Below, piece by piece: positions 17,610-28,004 of a DNA stretch of 38,123 nucleotides. The DNA is taken from contig DAIEKJ010000002.1 in NCBI GenBank assembly GCA_027350645.1, positions 1-38,123 on the forward strand. Direction: 5' to 3'. The first letter of the stretch is position 1, and each line of letters begins with the position of its first letter. The position numbers and the translations under genes are program-made. A model generated the notes under the pieces. The model saw only the letters and a program-made list of their open reading frames with translations, was not told the origin of the DNA and ran no database searches. This DNA is from Candidatus Wolfebacteria bacterium (GTDB lineage: Bacteria > Patescibacteriota > Minisyncoccia > UBA6257 > JAGOQP01).

Positions 17610-19679
17610 TTATTTTTTATCTCCTATTTTTACCAACCACTCCTCCTCGCTCCAGACGGGTATGCCCAGCTTTTGCGCCTTGGCATATTTTGATCCCGGA
17701 TGTTCCCCCGCCACCACAGCCGTGGTCTGCGCGGTTACCTCCGATTGAAAATGCCCGCCGGCGGCGATGATTTTTTCTTTCGCCTGCTGGCGCGACATCG
17801 ACGCCAGCGTCCCGGTTAAACACAAAGACATCCCCGCCAATGTTCCGGATACGTGCCGCGGAAGCGAAACCACCGACACGCCCACGCGCGCCAATTTGTA
17901 CAAAAGCTTTTCATTGCGCGCGTCCGAAAACCATTCGTGAATACTCTGCGCCACCTTGGGACCGATATCCGGAACGTTTTGTAATTCTTCCAGCGATGTC
18001 TTTTTGAAAAAGACCGCCAGTGCCTCAACCGACACCACGCCACGGTCGGCAGGCACCTTCTTTGCCGCCAATTCCGCCAGCGCCAACGCGGTTTCTGCTC
18101 CCACATGAACAATGCCCAGCGCAAAAATAAATTTTTCAACGGAGATCTTTTTCTTCCGCTCAATTTCTTCTATGAGATTTTGCGCTGATTTTTTTCCAAA
18201 ACGCTCCAACGCCGCAATGTCGCCTTTTTGCAATGTGAAAATATCGGCGGCGGTCGCAATCAATCCCTCGTCCAAAAAACGATCAACGATCTTGTCCCCC
18301 AACCCGCGAATATCAAACGCCGCCCGAGAAACAAAATGAATAATGCCATTCCGATTTTTTGCGCCGCATGACGGATTGGAACACTTGAGCAAAACACCAT
18401 CCCTGACAACGGGCGCCTCGTCAACCGGACACCGCTCCGGCTCCCGCACCGCTTTTTCCTTTCCGGTGCGCAATTCGGGAAGCACCTGAATCACTTTAGG
18501 AATGACATCTCCTGAGCGCATCACGATCACCGTGTCGCCGATCTTGAGCCCTAGCCGCTTGATTTCGTCGAAATTGTGCAATGTCGCATGAGAAATGGTA
18601 ACCCCCGACACCTCTACGGGCTTTAAAACGGCCACCGGCGTAAGGACTCCCGTTCGCCCCACCTGCACAATCACATCCTCCACGATAGTCGTCGCTTGGC
18701 GGGGAGAAAACTTATAGGCGATCGCTCCGCGGGGCGCCTTGCCTACCACGCCACCGCTGCGGAAAAGTGCCTCATCGTTGACCATGACCACGATGCCGTC
18801 AATTTCGTATCCAAGTTTCTCGCGTTTTTTTCCCCATGCATTTCGAAACGCATAGACATCGGCAAGCGTCGCCTCGATTCGATTGTACGGGTTAACGACA
18901 AATCCCCAGGAAGCCAGAACTTTATGCTTTTCTTCGTGCGTCGCAATCGGTAGGCCGGTGTCGGTAACAATATCGTATTGATATGACTCAAGTTTACGAG
19001 CGGCGGCAACAACGGGATCCAATTGCCGAATGGAACCGGCGGCAAGATTGCGCGTGTTGGCATACGGTTTTTCACCCTTGCGTTCCTGCTCGCGATTGAT
19101 GCGCTCCAATTCCCGTATCGGCACGAATATTTCGCCACGGACAACCAGATGATCCGGCACATTCCATTTTCCTAATTGTACGAGCCGTTGGGGAATTGTT
19201 GCGATGGTTTTGACGTTCTGCGTCACATCTTCGCCGATTTTTCCATCGCCCCGCGTGGCGCCCAGAACCAACGCCCCTTTTTCATAGACCAACTCTATCG
19301 CCAGCCCATCCAGTTTCAACTCGCAATAAAAAAGCGGGCACGCAGACGAGCCGGCCAGTTTCTTTCCCAGATATTTTTCCAGCCGATCCAGCCATTCCGC
19401 CATCTCTTTTTCGGAAAACGCATCATGAAACGAAAGCATCGGCGCTTCGTGGGGCACCTTCACAAAGGCGTCCAGCGGGGCGCCGCCGACTTTCTGTGTC
19501 GGCGAATCAGCAACGGCCAAATCAGGAAACCGGCCCTCCAGCTCTTCTAATTCGTTTTTAAGCGTATCAAAAGCGGCATCGGACAGTTCCGGCGCGTCAA
19601 ACGTATGATAAAGCGTCCGGTGATATTCGATTAGTTTGCGCAACTTCCCCGCGCGGGAGCGCGCCGCATCTTTGTCCAT
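17610..19679 (-). CDS. ligA: NAD+-dependent DNA ligase
   Basis: ELKLDG, TRGDG, VRGE, EIDGIV, VGRTG, TLHN, HhH, BRCT (GSKYAKA). ATG 19679. Confidence 0.97.
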   Translation of the reverse strand: MDKDAARSRAGKLRKLIEYHRTLYHTFDAPELSDAAFDTLKNELEELEGRFPDLAVADSPTQKVGGAPLDAFVKVPHEAPMLSFHDAFSEKEMAEWLDRLEKYLGKKLAGSSACPLFYCELKLDGLAIELVYEKGALVLGATRGDGKIGEDVTQNVKTIATIPQRLVQLGKWNVPDHLVVRGEIFVPIRELERINREQERKGEKPYANTRNLAAGSIRQLDPVVAAARKLESYQYDIVTDTGLPIATHEEKHKVLASWGFVVNPYNRIEATLADVYAFRNAWGKKREKLGYEIDGIVVMVNDEALFRSGGVVGKAPRGAIAYKFSPRQATTIVEDVIVQVGRTGVLTPVAVLKPVEVSGVTISHATLHNFDEIKRLGLKIGDTVIVMRSGDVIPKVIQVLPELRTGKEKAVREPERCPVDEAPVVRDGVLLKCSNPSCGAKNRNGIIHFVSRAAFDIRGLGDKIVDRFLDEGLIATAADIFTLQKGDIAALERFGKKSAQNLIEEIERKKKISVEKFIFALGIVHVGAETALALAELAAKKVPADRGVVSVEALAVFFKKTSLEELQNVPDIGPKVAQSIHEWFSDARNEKLLYKLARVGVSVVSLPRHVSGTLAGMSLCLTGTLASMSRQQAKEKIIAAGGHFQSEVTAQTTAVVAGEHPGSKYAKAQKLGIPVWSEEEWLVKIGDKK

Positions 19680-19735
19680 ACACATAGTGTCGCACGAGAT
19701 TGTTTTTTAAACAACCGCGACCGCACCAATGAGGG

Positions 19736-20146
19736 CTAGTTTGTGGGAATCGTCGAAAACTCGAGCGCGCGATAGACGCGTCCGACATGCCCCATTGTTT
19801 TAACGTCAATCGACGGATACGCCCCGCTCACATTTACCGACGCCGTAACACCGTTTGACAGCGATGGCGGAGTGAGATTAGTTAGCGACGAACAACTTTG
19901 AGGCGTTGATGAGCAGGTCACAAACAAAGTATAAAAGGCCTTCTGAATCCCCGCATCGGCCGCATAAATCGATTCAGTTGAGTTGGCAATATCCCCCGCA
20001 TTCCGCAGTTCCTGAAGCGTCACATAGCCGACGATCGCGCTCACCGCCAGCATGCTGGCACCCAGCACCATAACCATGATGAGCATCGCCTGCCCTCGAT
20101 TATTTTTTACTCTTGTGTATCCTTTCTGTGCGCGCATATTTTTCAT
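19736..20146 (-). CDS. PilX-like minor pilin (no Glu+5)
   Basis: RG|QAMLIMVMVL...SIYAADAGI. ATG overlaps the upstream TGA. Confidence 0.75.
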   Translation of the reverse strand: MKNMRAQKGYTRVKNNRGQAMLIMVMVLGASMLAVSAIVGYVTLQELRNAGDIANSTESIYAADAGIQKAFYTLFVTCSSTPQSCSSLTNLTPPSLSNGVTASVNVSGAYPSIDVKTMGHVGRVYRALEFSTIPTN

Positions 20147-20754
20147 CACATACCCCACGCCCGCGACTCGACAGACGTTTCAATATAATTGGTCATTGTC
20201 TGATTTTTATCCGATGTGGTAATACCAATAACAAGCGTCGCCAAACAGGGAGCCGATAGTGATCCATATCCACTGGGAACCTGAACGGTCGCATGAAAAT
20301 ACGAAACGTCAACATTGGACGCGGTGAACGCTTGCGCGGGCTGAGGAGCGTTAAAACCATTATCAACGCCGTTACCGTTGGTAATTGAACGAGTAATTAT
20401 TACGGTACCCGGCTTCCATGAATATGTTATTTTTTGATTAATGACCTGAGATGACGTTGAGTTGGGATTTATAACCGGTCGAATAAAAGAAATGTCATTC
20501 CCGTCGGTGGTGCTATAGTTCGAGCCCATCCGCATCTCCCGCAACATCTGTTCGATGCTCAAACTCATATTGTCCGTCGCCGCGGTCATCTTAAGCACGA
20601 CCCGCTGGGCAGAGAGCATCTGTGCAAATCCTCCCACGCTCAGAGCGATAAACATCGAAAAAATAAACATCGCGATCAACATCTCAATCAGCGTCTGGCC
20701 GCTCTCTTCCCGCGCCGTCCGGGAAAAAATAATTTTTGGATGCATGCGTGACAT
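20146..20754 (-). CDS. Minor pilin (PilW-like)
   Basis: SG|QTLIEMLIAMFIF...IEQMLREMR. Confidence 0.85.
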   Translation of the reverse strand: MSRMHPKIIFSRTAREESGQTLIEMLIAMFIFSMFIALSVGGFAQMLSAQRVVLKMTAATDNMSLSIEQMLREMRMGSNYSTTDGNDISFIRPVINPNSTSSQVINQKITYSWKPGTVIITRSITNGNGVDNGFNAPQPAQAFTASNVDVSYFHATVQVPSGYGSLSAPCLATLVIGITTSDKNQTMTNYIETSVESRAWGM

Positions 20755-21344
20755 TATGGTTTCCTCCAGTTATAGAAGTGGTCCTCGACATTAACCGACA
20801 TGGCCACGCCCCCCTTGGTTATCCACACAACAACACTGTTAACCATCACCTCGTCGGCTGATTTTGTTGTCACAACAACAACCCGATGATATGGCGTTGG
20901 CGAGGGATTAGGCGGTGGCGTCAAATAAGAAAGGTACATCGGATGTCCAGAGGAGTCCTGTGCCGAATAAACCAACGTCGTCGGCAAGGCAAGTATCGTT
21001 GTCGTCGTCCACGTAGTATTGGAAGAGAATCGGGTCAATTCCAAACCATTGGTCCCCGCCGTAACCACATACAATCCGCTTTGGAACCCCGCTTGGTACG
21101 GTTGGGAAGAAAAGACATTGACATCCAGCTGGTATCCGGCAAGCTCGATGCCCTCGCTGGCAAGATAGGAGGCGATGTATTGATTGGTTATCACGCGGTT
21201 GAGCCCTATGGAAGTGTTGAGCACCATAAGAATCCCGATAAGTCCGATAACGGTCATAGAGAGCGCCACCATTGTTTCAACCAAAACCTGGCCGCTGGCC
21301 TCTCTCATGCTGTCCTTGTTTTGCGCGATAAAAAAATTTTTCAT
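20754..21344 (-). CDS. Minor pilin (PilV-like)
   Basis: SG|QVLVETMVAL...ASYLASEGIE. Confidence 0.83.
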   Translation of the reverse strand: MKNFFIAQNKDSMREASGQVLVETMVALSMTVIGLIGILMVLNTSIGLNRVITNQYIASYLASEGIELAGYQLDVNVFSSQPYQAGFQSGLYVVTAGTNGLELTRFSSNTTWTTTTILALPTTLVYSAQDSSGHPMYLSYLTPPPNPSPTPYHRVVVVTTKSADEVMVNSVVVWITKGGVAMSVNVEDHFYNWRKP

Positions 21345-21372
21345 ACAGTAAATAAATGCCGGAAAACAATCG

Positions 21373-22062
21373 CTACGTTTGGGGGCAGGTTGTTGTTATT
21401 TGGCCAAAACCGTTAATAACAACACACGTTGAAGTGCCAGTGTTGGTATTTTTGCGTCCGGTAATGGTGATAATTAAGTTGGGAAAAGCCGACGACCCCC
21501 CGGAAAGATTATCGGTATCCCCGCAAAGAGTTCCTACCGGAGGCGGTCCGCTACTGGGAAAATCGGCGCATGTCCGCGGATCGGGAGGAATGAAATAAAG
21601 ATAGTCAAAATTTGCCCTTACGTATACGCCATCCAAGGAAATAGCCGGCTGTCCAGGCAGGGGTGAGATCGCCAGGTTATTTGGGTGGAGATCGTTCTCA
21701 TTAGTCGGACACGGCGCGCTACTATTAACCGGCACATACGAAAAAACGGATATTGATGTGGCGCCATTGGGTCCCTGGGGAATAGCAATACCATAACCGC
21801 AGGGCGCCTTGCTCTTTGATTTTCCTTCCGCTTGATTTTGCGGGGATCCATAGGTGGACACCGCCAGGTTCCGCGCGTTATACACCGCCGACATAATAAC
21901 TCCCTGCTCCCGGAAAACACTGATCTGATCGGCGGCCGAACTGCTGTAAAAGACGGCAATCGCCATCAGCGCGCTCAACAAAAAAACCACCACCATGATC
22001 TCGACGATCGTAAATGCCTGTTCCGATTTAATGCTGGCTATAACCGATGAAGGTGTGGACAC
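21373..22062 (-). CDS. Minor pilin (FimU/FimT-like)
   Basis: QA|FTIVEIMVVVFLL...ARNLA..CGYGI. GTG start. Confidence 0.83.
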   Translation of the reverse strand: MSTPSSVIASIKSEQAFTIVEIMVVVFLLSALMAIAVFYSSSAADQISVFREQGVIMSAVYNARNLAVSTYGSPQNQAEGKSKSKAPCGYGIAIPQGPNGATSISVFSYVPVNSSAPCPTNENDLHPNNLAISPLPGQPAISLDGVYVRANFDYLYFIPPDPRTCADFPSSGPPPVGTLCGDTDNLSGGSSAFPNLIITITGRKNTNTGTSTCVVINGFGQITTTCPQT

Positions 22063-22064
22063 GG

Positions 22065-22973
22065 TTATAGTATACCCAAGTATGCCCCCGCCAGTCCAGC
22101 GCCCCAGAAGAAAAGGATGGTCGCCGCCAGAATGATGAACGGTCCGAAGGGGAGTTGGTCGGACATTTTTTTCTTCCCCACCAAAAGGTATCCAGCCGCA
22201 AAAATCCCCCCAATAATAAAAGAGAGAGCCATGATGGCGGCAATATCAGGCCACCCAAAGAGCAAGCCAAGCGCGGCAATCAGTTTTACATCGCCCATCC
22301 CCATCCCCTTCCCCAAAGACACAAGAACGATGACAAGGAAAAAGATGAGTCCAATCGCCAAGCCAGCTAAATGATTTTCCCACGCCATTCCAAAAACTGG
22401 AAACAGACCAGAAAAATGACCCAAAAATGATCCGCCGCCCATAGCCGGCGTAATACCAGCCGACCACACCGCGACGGTCCACGCCGCTCCCAAAACAGCC
22501 AATGCGGCGTTGACGCTGTTGGGGATCAGAAAATAACGCAGATCAATAACCGTCACCACAATAAAGAGGAGAAAAACCGCGATCCATAAAACCGACACAA
22601 GAACAATAATCCACGCGTGAGATCCAAAAACAACCGCCGAGAGCATATTCCACAGCTGAAGCGGAACGAAGACAAACAAGAGTCCCGTTGCCAGCTCCAC
22701 GAGCGGATACTGTATCGAGATCGGCTCGTCACATGAACGGCATTTGCCTTTCTGTAAAAGATAGCTCACCAACGGCACAAGATTGGTCCACGCCAGATTG
22801 GTCTTGCACGACGGGCAGTGCGATCTCCCTAGCCACCTCCGCCAGCCAAAAAACGGCTGCGACGGTTCATAGCGCAAAATAACGACATTCAAAAAGCTCC
22901 CGACCGCCAAACCAAAAAGGAAAAGAAAAAGCAGAAAAACCCAGTTAGTCTCCAAATACATAAGAAGCGCCAA
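22065..22973 (-). CDS. pilD: Prepilin peptidase / N-methyltransferase (A24)
   Basis: GSFLNVVILR, two CxxC, IDLRY and GMGDVKL catalytic Asp, LPFGPF. TTG start. Confidence 0.95.
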   Translation of the reverse strand: MALLMYLETNWVFLLFLFLFGLAVGSFLNVVILRYEPSQPFFGWRRWLGRSHCPSCKTNLAWTNLVPLVSYLLQKGKCRSCDEPISIQYPLVELATGLLFVFVPLQLWNMLSAVVFGSHAWIIVLVSVLWIAVFLLFIVVTVIDLRYFLIPNSVNAALAVLGAAWTVAVWSAGITPAMGGGSFLGHFSGLFPVFGMAWENHLAGLAIGLIFFLVIVLVSLGKGMGMGDVKLIAALGLLFGWPDIAAIMALSFIIGGIFAAGYLLVGKKKMSDQLPFGPFIILAATILFFWGAGLAGAYLGIL

Positions 22974-22979
22974 GAAAAA

Positions 22980-23507
22980 CTAGAATTGAATACAATAATA
23001 GTCACTCGAACCAGGAGCCGGAGGCGTTCCGGTGGCGAACGAAGTACACTGGGCGCCAGACGATGGGCTAACCAGCGTACACCCATTTAATGAGTTAATC
23101 CCCTGATGCCACGCATTGGCATCCTTCGAAAGTTGTGCTCCTAAAACATAGCTCTGCGGAGGAGTCGTCTGGCCACAGTAAGCATAGAGATACGGAGATC
23201 CCCCAGCTGGATCCGCCGGAATAGATTGGTTATTCGACAAAATATTATCTCCGCGAAGAGCCGTATTTAAATCCGTCGTCGGATAACCCTGGTGGATATT
23301 ATAGTACCGTTCGAGATATGTTTGGATATTTTGCATATCCGACAATCGCCGCGCGTCGTATGCGCTCTGGCGGAATCCGGAGAGTCCCACCAGAAAGACC
23401 GACGCCAAGATAGCGATAATGGCCACCACGACCAGCATTTCAACCAGCGTAAACCCTTTTTGATCCAAAAGATTTTTTACGCCCTTGTCCGCAAAAACAT
23501 TTTTCAT
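22980..23507 (-). CDS. Type IV pilin, probable major pilin
   Basis: KG|FTLVEMLVVVAIIAILA, ARRLSD, C-terminal Cys residues, own promoter. Confidence 0.9.
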   Translation of the reverse strand: MKNVFADKGVKNLLDQKGFTLVEMLVVVAIIAILASVFLVGLSGFRQSAYDARRLSDMQNIQTYLERYYNIHQGYPTTDLNTALRGDNILSNNQSIPADPAGGSPYLYAYCGQTTPPQSYVLGAQLSKDANAWHQGINSLNGCTLVSPSSGAQCTSFATGTPPAPGSSDYYCIQF

Positions 23508-23554
23508 ACTCGGTTCCCTTATAGATGATTAATTATGAATATACTCTTTTTGCC

Positions 23555-23583
23555 AGTATACCACGCCGCGATTATATTTCCAA
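23555..23583 (-). promoter_or_regulatory. Internal sigma70 promoter for the pilin
   Basis: TTGGAA-N17-TATACT with TG extension. Confidence 0.65.
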
Positions 23584-24786
23584 CGACGAAGCCAAATTGT
23601 AAATCGGCAGGAGAATCGCGGAAAACAGCAGGCCGACCAAAACGCCGATCAGAAGAACCAGCATCGGTTCTATGAGCGACGACAAATTGTTCATCAGCAC
23701 GCTCACCTCGCCGTCGTAAAAAGTGGATATCTTGGTCATCATGTATTCCAGCTTTCCGGTTGTTTCGCCGATTGCCGCCATCTGGCTGACCATCGGCGGA
23801 AAAAACGCCGGATAGTTAAGCAACAATCCGGAAAATGATCCGCCCTCGCGCACGCCCTGCGTAATGGCGGCCAACGCATCCTGATATACCCTGTTCCCGA
23901 TCGTGTTGGCGGCAATCTCGATTGCTTGCGTGATAGGCAGTCCGCCCTTGATAAGAACGCTAAACGACCGCGCAAAGCGGGCGATGTAAACTTTCTGGAA
24001 CAAATCCCCAAAAACCGGCAAACGCAAAATGACCTGATCGCGCAACGCTTTGCCTTCGTCTGTTCTGAGATAATCAACAATCATAAACGCCACGCCCAGC
24101 ACCACAATGAGCGCCACCCACCACCACTGAGCGATGTACGCCCCGCCATACAACACAATCTTGCTGATCAGCGGCAGCTGGACATTCATATCCTGAAACA
24201 CCGGCAAAATTTTGGGGAAAACGATAATGGCCATCAGCATGCCGACAATAAAGAAAAGGCCCAAAAGAATCGCCGGATAGATAAGCGCGCTTGAAATTTT
24301 TGACCGCCACTCCGCTTCCTTCTCAATGTACGAGGCCAAAAACATCATCGCGTCTTCCAGCTTGCCGGTAACTTCCGCCGAACGGATCATGCTGATGTAA
24401 AAATCGGAAAAGATCGTTCCCTGACGCTCCAACGCCTGCGAGAGCGCCAAACCAGACTCGATATCTTCGCGAATCTGGAAGATCGCCTCCTTAAGAAGGA
24501 CATTCTTCGTCTGTTCGTAGAGCGACTGCAATGCATTGCTTAAAGGAATCTGGGACTCAACCAGCGTCGCCAGCTGGCGAGTAAAAATCATCAAATCCTT
24601 TGCCTTCACCCGATTAATAATCTGCAAAAAGCCATAGGTAATACCCTGTTTTTCCTGAGCTTCAATACTCAAGACGAAAAGATTGTGTCCAGCTAAAATA
24701 CTCGTCACCGCTTCGGGCGACGGCGCATCAACCGAGCCAACCTGCAACTCACCATTTTGATTGCGTGCCTGGTATTTGAACTTCAT
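23572..24786 (-). CDS. pilC: Type IV pilus platform protein (GspF family)
   Basis: FTRQLATL, AEVTGKL, ALIYP, GETTGKL, LIEP. Confidence 0.95.
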   Translation of the reverse strand: MKFKYQARNQNGELQVGSVDAPSPEAVTSILAGHNLFVLSIEAQEKQGITYGFLQIINRVKAKDLMIFTRQLATLVESQIPLSNALQSLYEQTKNVLLKEAIFQIREDIESGLALSQALERQGTIFSDFYISMIRSAEVTGKLEDAMMFLASYIEKEAEWRSKISSALIYPAILLGLFFIVGMLMAIIVFPKILPVFQDMNVQLPLISKIVLYGGAYIAQWWWVALIVVLGVAFMIVDYLRTDEGKALRDQVILRLPVFGDLFQKVYIARFARSFSVLIKGGLPITQAIEIAANTIGNRVYQDALAAITQGVREGGSFSGLLLNYPAFFPPMVSQMAAIGETTGKLEYMMTKISTFYDGEVSVLMNNLSSLIEPMLVLLIGVLVGLLFSAILLPIYNLASSLEI

Positions 24787-24801
24787 ACGACAAAGCCCCG
24801 C

Positions 24802-25872
24802 TTACTGCTCCAAAAGAATGCGCAACTCCGACGGACTCAATGAATACGTTTCTGCATTTTCCATGCTGATCTCGCGGCGGCGCACCAGGTCGGCCAGCGA
24901 TTTATTAAGCGTCAGCATGCCCTCCTGGCTATTCGTTTCAATCACCAGATCGATCTGATACGTTTTGCGCTCGCGAATAAGATTGCGGATAGCCGCGTTG
25001 GTAATCATCACTTCGCACGTCGGAATGCGCCCCCCGTCAACGCGCGGGATTAAACGCTCCGAGACAATCCCCACCAGCACTGCCGACAACTGCGAGGCGA
25101 TCTGCCCCTGTTGTTCGGGTGGAAAACTATCGATGATACGATCAATGGTTTGCGCCGCCGAATTGGTGTGCAGCGTCGACATCACCAAGTGGCCGGTTTC
25201 TGCGGCAGTCAGCGCAGTAGCGATTGACGTAGAGTCGCGCATCTCGCCGATCATGATAACATCGGGGTCTTGGCGAAGAATAGAGCGCAATCCGTTTGAA
25301 AACGATTCGGTATCGCCGCCGACTTCGCGCTGAGAGATGATGCTCTTATCCTGAGAAAAGACGTATTCGATTGGATCCTCAATGGTAATAATGTGTTCGG
25401 TGCGCGTATGGTTTATTTCATCCAAAAGAGCCGCCAGCGTCGTTGACTTTCCATGTCCGGCCGGACCCACCACGAGAATAAATCCCTGCGCCAGTTTGGT
25501 AAAATCATGCAAAATAGGAGGAAGCCTCAGCTCCTCAAGGGTGCGCACTTGCGCGGGAATGAGCCGAAGCGCCGCGGCCAAAAATCCTTTTTGGTGGTAG
25601 ACATTGACTCGGAACCGAGCCTTGTCTTCAAACGCATAAGAAAAGTCAACCTCCAAATGCTGCTCAACAACTTGTTTTTGTTCGTCGGTCAGGAGCCCAA
25701 GAATCAACCCCTCCGCATCCTTTGGAGTCAGGATAGGATATTGCGTCAAAGGAACCAGAAGCCCGTCGATGCGCAGGGTCGGGTAACGCCCCACCCCCAA
25801 ATGCAAATCGGACGCTTCCTGCTTGGCGCACATTAAAAGCAATTCATTGAGCTGTTGTTTGTAGTCAGTCAT
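24802..25872 (-). CDS. pilT: Type IV pilus retraction ATPase
   Basis: ASDLHL, GPAGHGKS, RQDPDVIMIGEMRD, TLHTN, AIRNLIRE. Confidence 0.96.
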   Translation of the reverse strand: MTDYKQQLNELLLMCAKQEASDLHLGVGRYPTLRIDGLLVPLTQYPILTPKDAEGLILGLLTDEQKQVVEQHLEVDFSYAFEDKARFRVNVYHQKGFLAAALRLIPAQVRTLEELRLPPILHDFTKLAQGFILVVGPAGHGKSTTLAALLDEINHTRTEHIITIEDPIEYVFSQDKSIISQREVGGDTESFSNGLRSILRQDPDVIMIGEMRDSTSIATALTAAETGHLVMSTLHTNSAAQTIDRIIDSFPPEQQGQIASQLSAVLVGIVSERLIPRVDGGRIPTCEVMITNAAIRNLIRERKTYQIDLVIETNSQEGMLTLNKSLADLVRRREISMENAETYSLSPSELRILLEQ

Positions 25873-25935
25873 ATAAATAGTGATAGTACTATAGCACGCG
25901 GACCGATAAAAATAAATGCGTCTCTTTTAGCGCGA

Positions 25936-27675
25936 TTACAACGTCTCGGTTTCGCGCAAAACCGTCTCGATAGACACCAATCCGCCAAGAGCTTTGAGCA
26001 CGCCGTCCTGGCGCAGTGTTACCATGCGCTGCCGCCGCGCTTCGTCAACGATCGCGCTTTCCCCCTGGCGATCGGCAACGATTTTTTCAAGCTCATGCGA
26101 CATCTCCAGCATCTCAAAAAGCGCGATGCGGCCGGAAACGCCCTTCCCCTTGCACGCGTCGCACCCGGGCGATTCGTACACCGTCAACGCCTGTTCATCG
26201 ATCCCTTCTTTTGCCTCCGCCGGAACGTTTTTGAGCTCACTGCGAATAATGGCGGCGATTTCGTCCGTCGGCGACTTTGCTTTCTTGCATTCCTGACACA
26301 GACGCGGCACCAGACGCTGGCCCACCATCACATTAAGCGCCGCGGGAACCAAGAACGGCTCCACGCCCATGTCGATTAAACGGGGAATGACTCCAGCCGC
26401 GTTGTTGGTGTGGAGCGTTGAAAGCACGACGTGCCCAGTGAGCGCCGCATGAATCGCCAGACCGGCCGTTTCATTGTCGCGGATTTCACCGACCATGATG
26501 ACATCGGGATCTTGGCGCAAGATTTGGCGCAACCCGGAAGCAAAATCGTACCCGATCTCCGGATGAACCTGCGACTGGTTGAGCCCGTCCATGTAGTATT
26601 CAACCGGATCCTCCAAGCTGACGATATTGACTTCGTCTCTATTCAAAATCTGCATCAGCGCGTAAAGCGTTGTTGTTTTTCCCGAACCAGTCGGCCCGGT
26701 GATGAGCACCATGCCGTACGGCTTGGCAATTGCCTGACGCAAGGCAGTTTCGTTGCGCTCAATTAACCCCAGCTGGCCAAGCCCCTTGAGACCGACCGTT
26801 GGATCCAGAACGCGGATAGCGACTTTTTCTCCCACCGGCGTGGGAAATGTGGCGACGCGGAAGTCGATATCGCGCCCCATAAGCACCGTACGGAAACGGC
26901 CGTCCTGCGGGATGCGCGTTTCATCTATCTTTAGATTGGAAAGCACTTTAATGCGCGACACAATCGGCTGATGCAGTTCGATCGGCATGGACGCGGCCTC
27001 CTGCAGATCACCGTCCAGACGGAACCGGATGCGCATGCGGCTGCGCTGTGGTTCGATGTGGATATCGGATGCCTTTTCCCACACCGCCTCCTTTAGGGTC
27101 GAGGCCACGATGCGAATAATCGGCGCGTCTTCCGATCCAGTCGTCGTGCCACCCTCGATGGAAATGATTTTCTGCTCGAAGCTCATTTTTTTTGATGCGG
27201 CGGCGGAAATCGAGCGTACCGCCGCTTCAACCTCGCTACGATACGGCGAGTACTTGCGCAAAACAATTTCCCACAGCGACATGGGAATCAGATAGATGCC
27301 TAAATTCACCTTGTGCTCTTTACCGACAAAACGAAGCGCTTCCTGCGCTTTTTCATCATCCGGATTAACCATCCCGGCCACAAACAGATCGTCGTGCGCC
27401 TCAAGCGGAACCACTTTGTAGTTCCGAACCATCTCTTCGGGAATAAGCTTGAGTAAAGCATCCCCGATGCTCTCGGGGTCAACGGTCTTAAAGGGAACGC
27501 CAAGTATCTGCGATTTCAGACGAAGTAACTCGTCTTCGGGAACCGCGCGACGTTCGTATATCAGATCTTCAACGGGCCGCGCCGTCAGCGACGCCTCCTG
27601 CAAAAGCTTGCGTCCGGCATCTTCGCCCAACAGACCTCCGGAAACCAGCTGTGTGATAAGTGCCTTATTTTCCAT
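25936..27675 (-). CDS. pilB: Type IV pilus assembly ATPase (GspE/PulE family)
   Basis: ASDIHIEP, PQDGR, GPTGSGKT, LEDPVE, CQEC/CDAC zinc site. Confidence 0.96.
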   Translation of the reverse strand: MENKALITQLVSGGLLGEDAGRKLLQEASLTARPVEDLIYERRAVPEDELLRLKSQILGVPFKTVDPESIGDALLKLIPEEMVRNYKVVPLEAHDDLFVAGMVNPDDEKAQEALRFVGKEHKVNLGIYLIPMSLWEIVLRKYSPYRSEVEAAVRSISAAASKKMSFEQKIISIEGGTTTGSEDAPIIRIVASTLKEAVWEKASDIHIEPQRSRMRIRFRLDGDLQEAASMPIELHQPIVSRIKVLSNLKIDETRIPQDGRFRTVLMGRDIDFRVATFPTPVGEKVAIRVLDPTVGLKGLGQLGLIERNETALRQAIAKPYGMVLITGPTGSGKTTTLYALMQILNRDEVNIVSLEDPVEYYMDGLNQSQVHPEIGYDFASGLRQILRQDPDVIMVGEIRDNETAGLAIHAALTGHVVLSTLHTNNAAGVIPRLIDMGVEPFLVPAALNVMVGQRLVPRLCQECKKAKSPTDEIAAIIRSELKNVPAEAKEGIDEQALTVYESPGCDACKGKGVSGRIALFEMLEMSHELEKIVADRQGESAIVDEARRQRMVTLRQDGVLKALGGLVSIETVLRETETL

Positions 27676-27684
27676 ACGGCAAAC

Positions 27685-27984
27685 CTATGGCGTTCCAAAG
27701 GGTTGACTGTTACCCGCGCCCACTGCCGGCTGAGCGGAAACCGATTGACGCTGGCCAGTGAACAACGGAGAGGAAACCACATCACTCGGGTTAAAATTCA
27801 AAGACGTTATGGCATCTATGGACGATAAGCCCGAATTGGGAAGCGCGGAATTGATGACGCCGGGCGAAACGAAAAACAGAAAATACACAGCGACAAAAAC
27901 AATCACCACCACCAAACCCACCAGGCCGGCGGTAAACCACTCGCCCCCTCCTCCGTGTTGTTCGTCGTTAATAACAATCGCCAT
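27685..27984 (-). CDS. Small single-TM protein in the PilP position
   Basis: One TM helix. Tightly packed between pilO and pilB. Confidence 0.75.
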   Translation of the reverse strand: MAIVINDEQHGGGGEWFTAGLVGLVVVIVFVAVYFLFFVSPGVINSALPNSGLSSIDAITSLNFNPSDVVSSPLFTGQRQSVSAQPAVGAGNSQPFGTP

Positions 27985-28004
27985 ACGTGTCGTCTTTTAT
28001 TACT

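Noticed and set aside
18330..18440. LigA zinc finger C-x2-D (CPVD) as inactivation
   Set aside because: Asp can ligate zinc and all catalytic motifs are intact.
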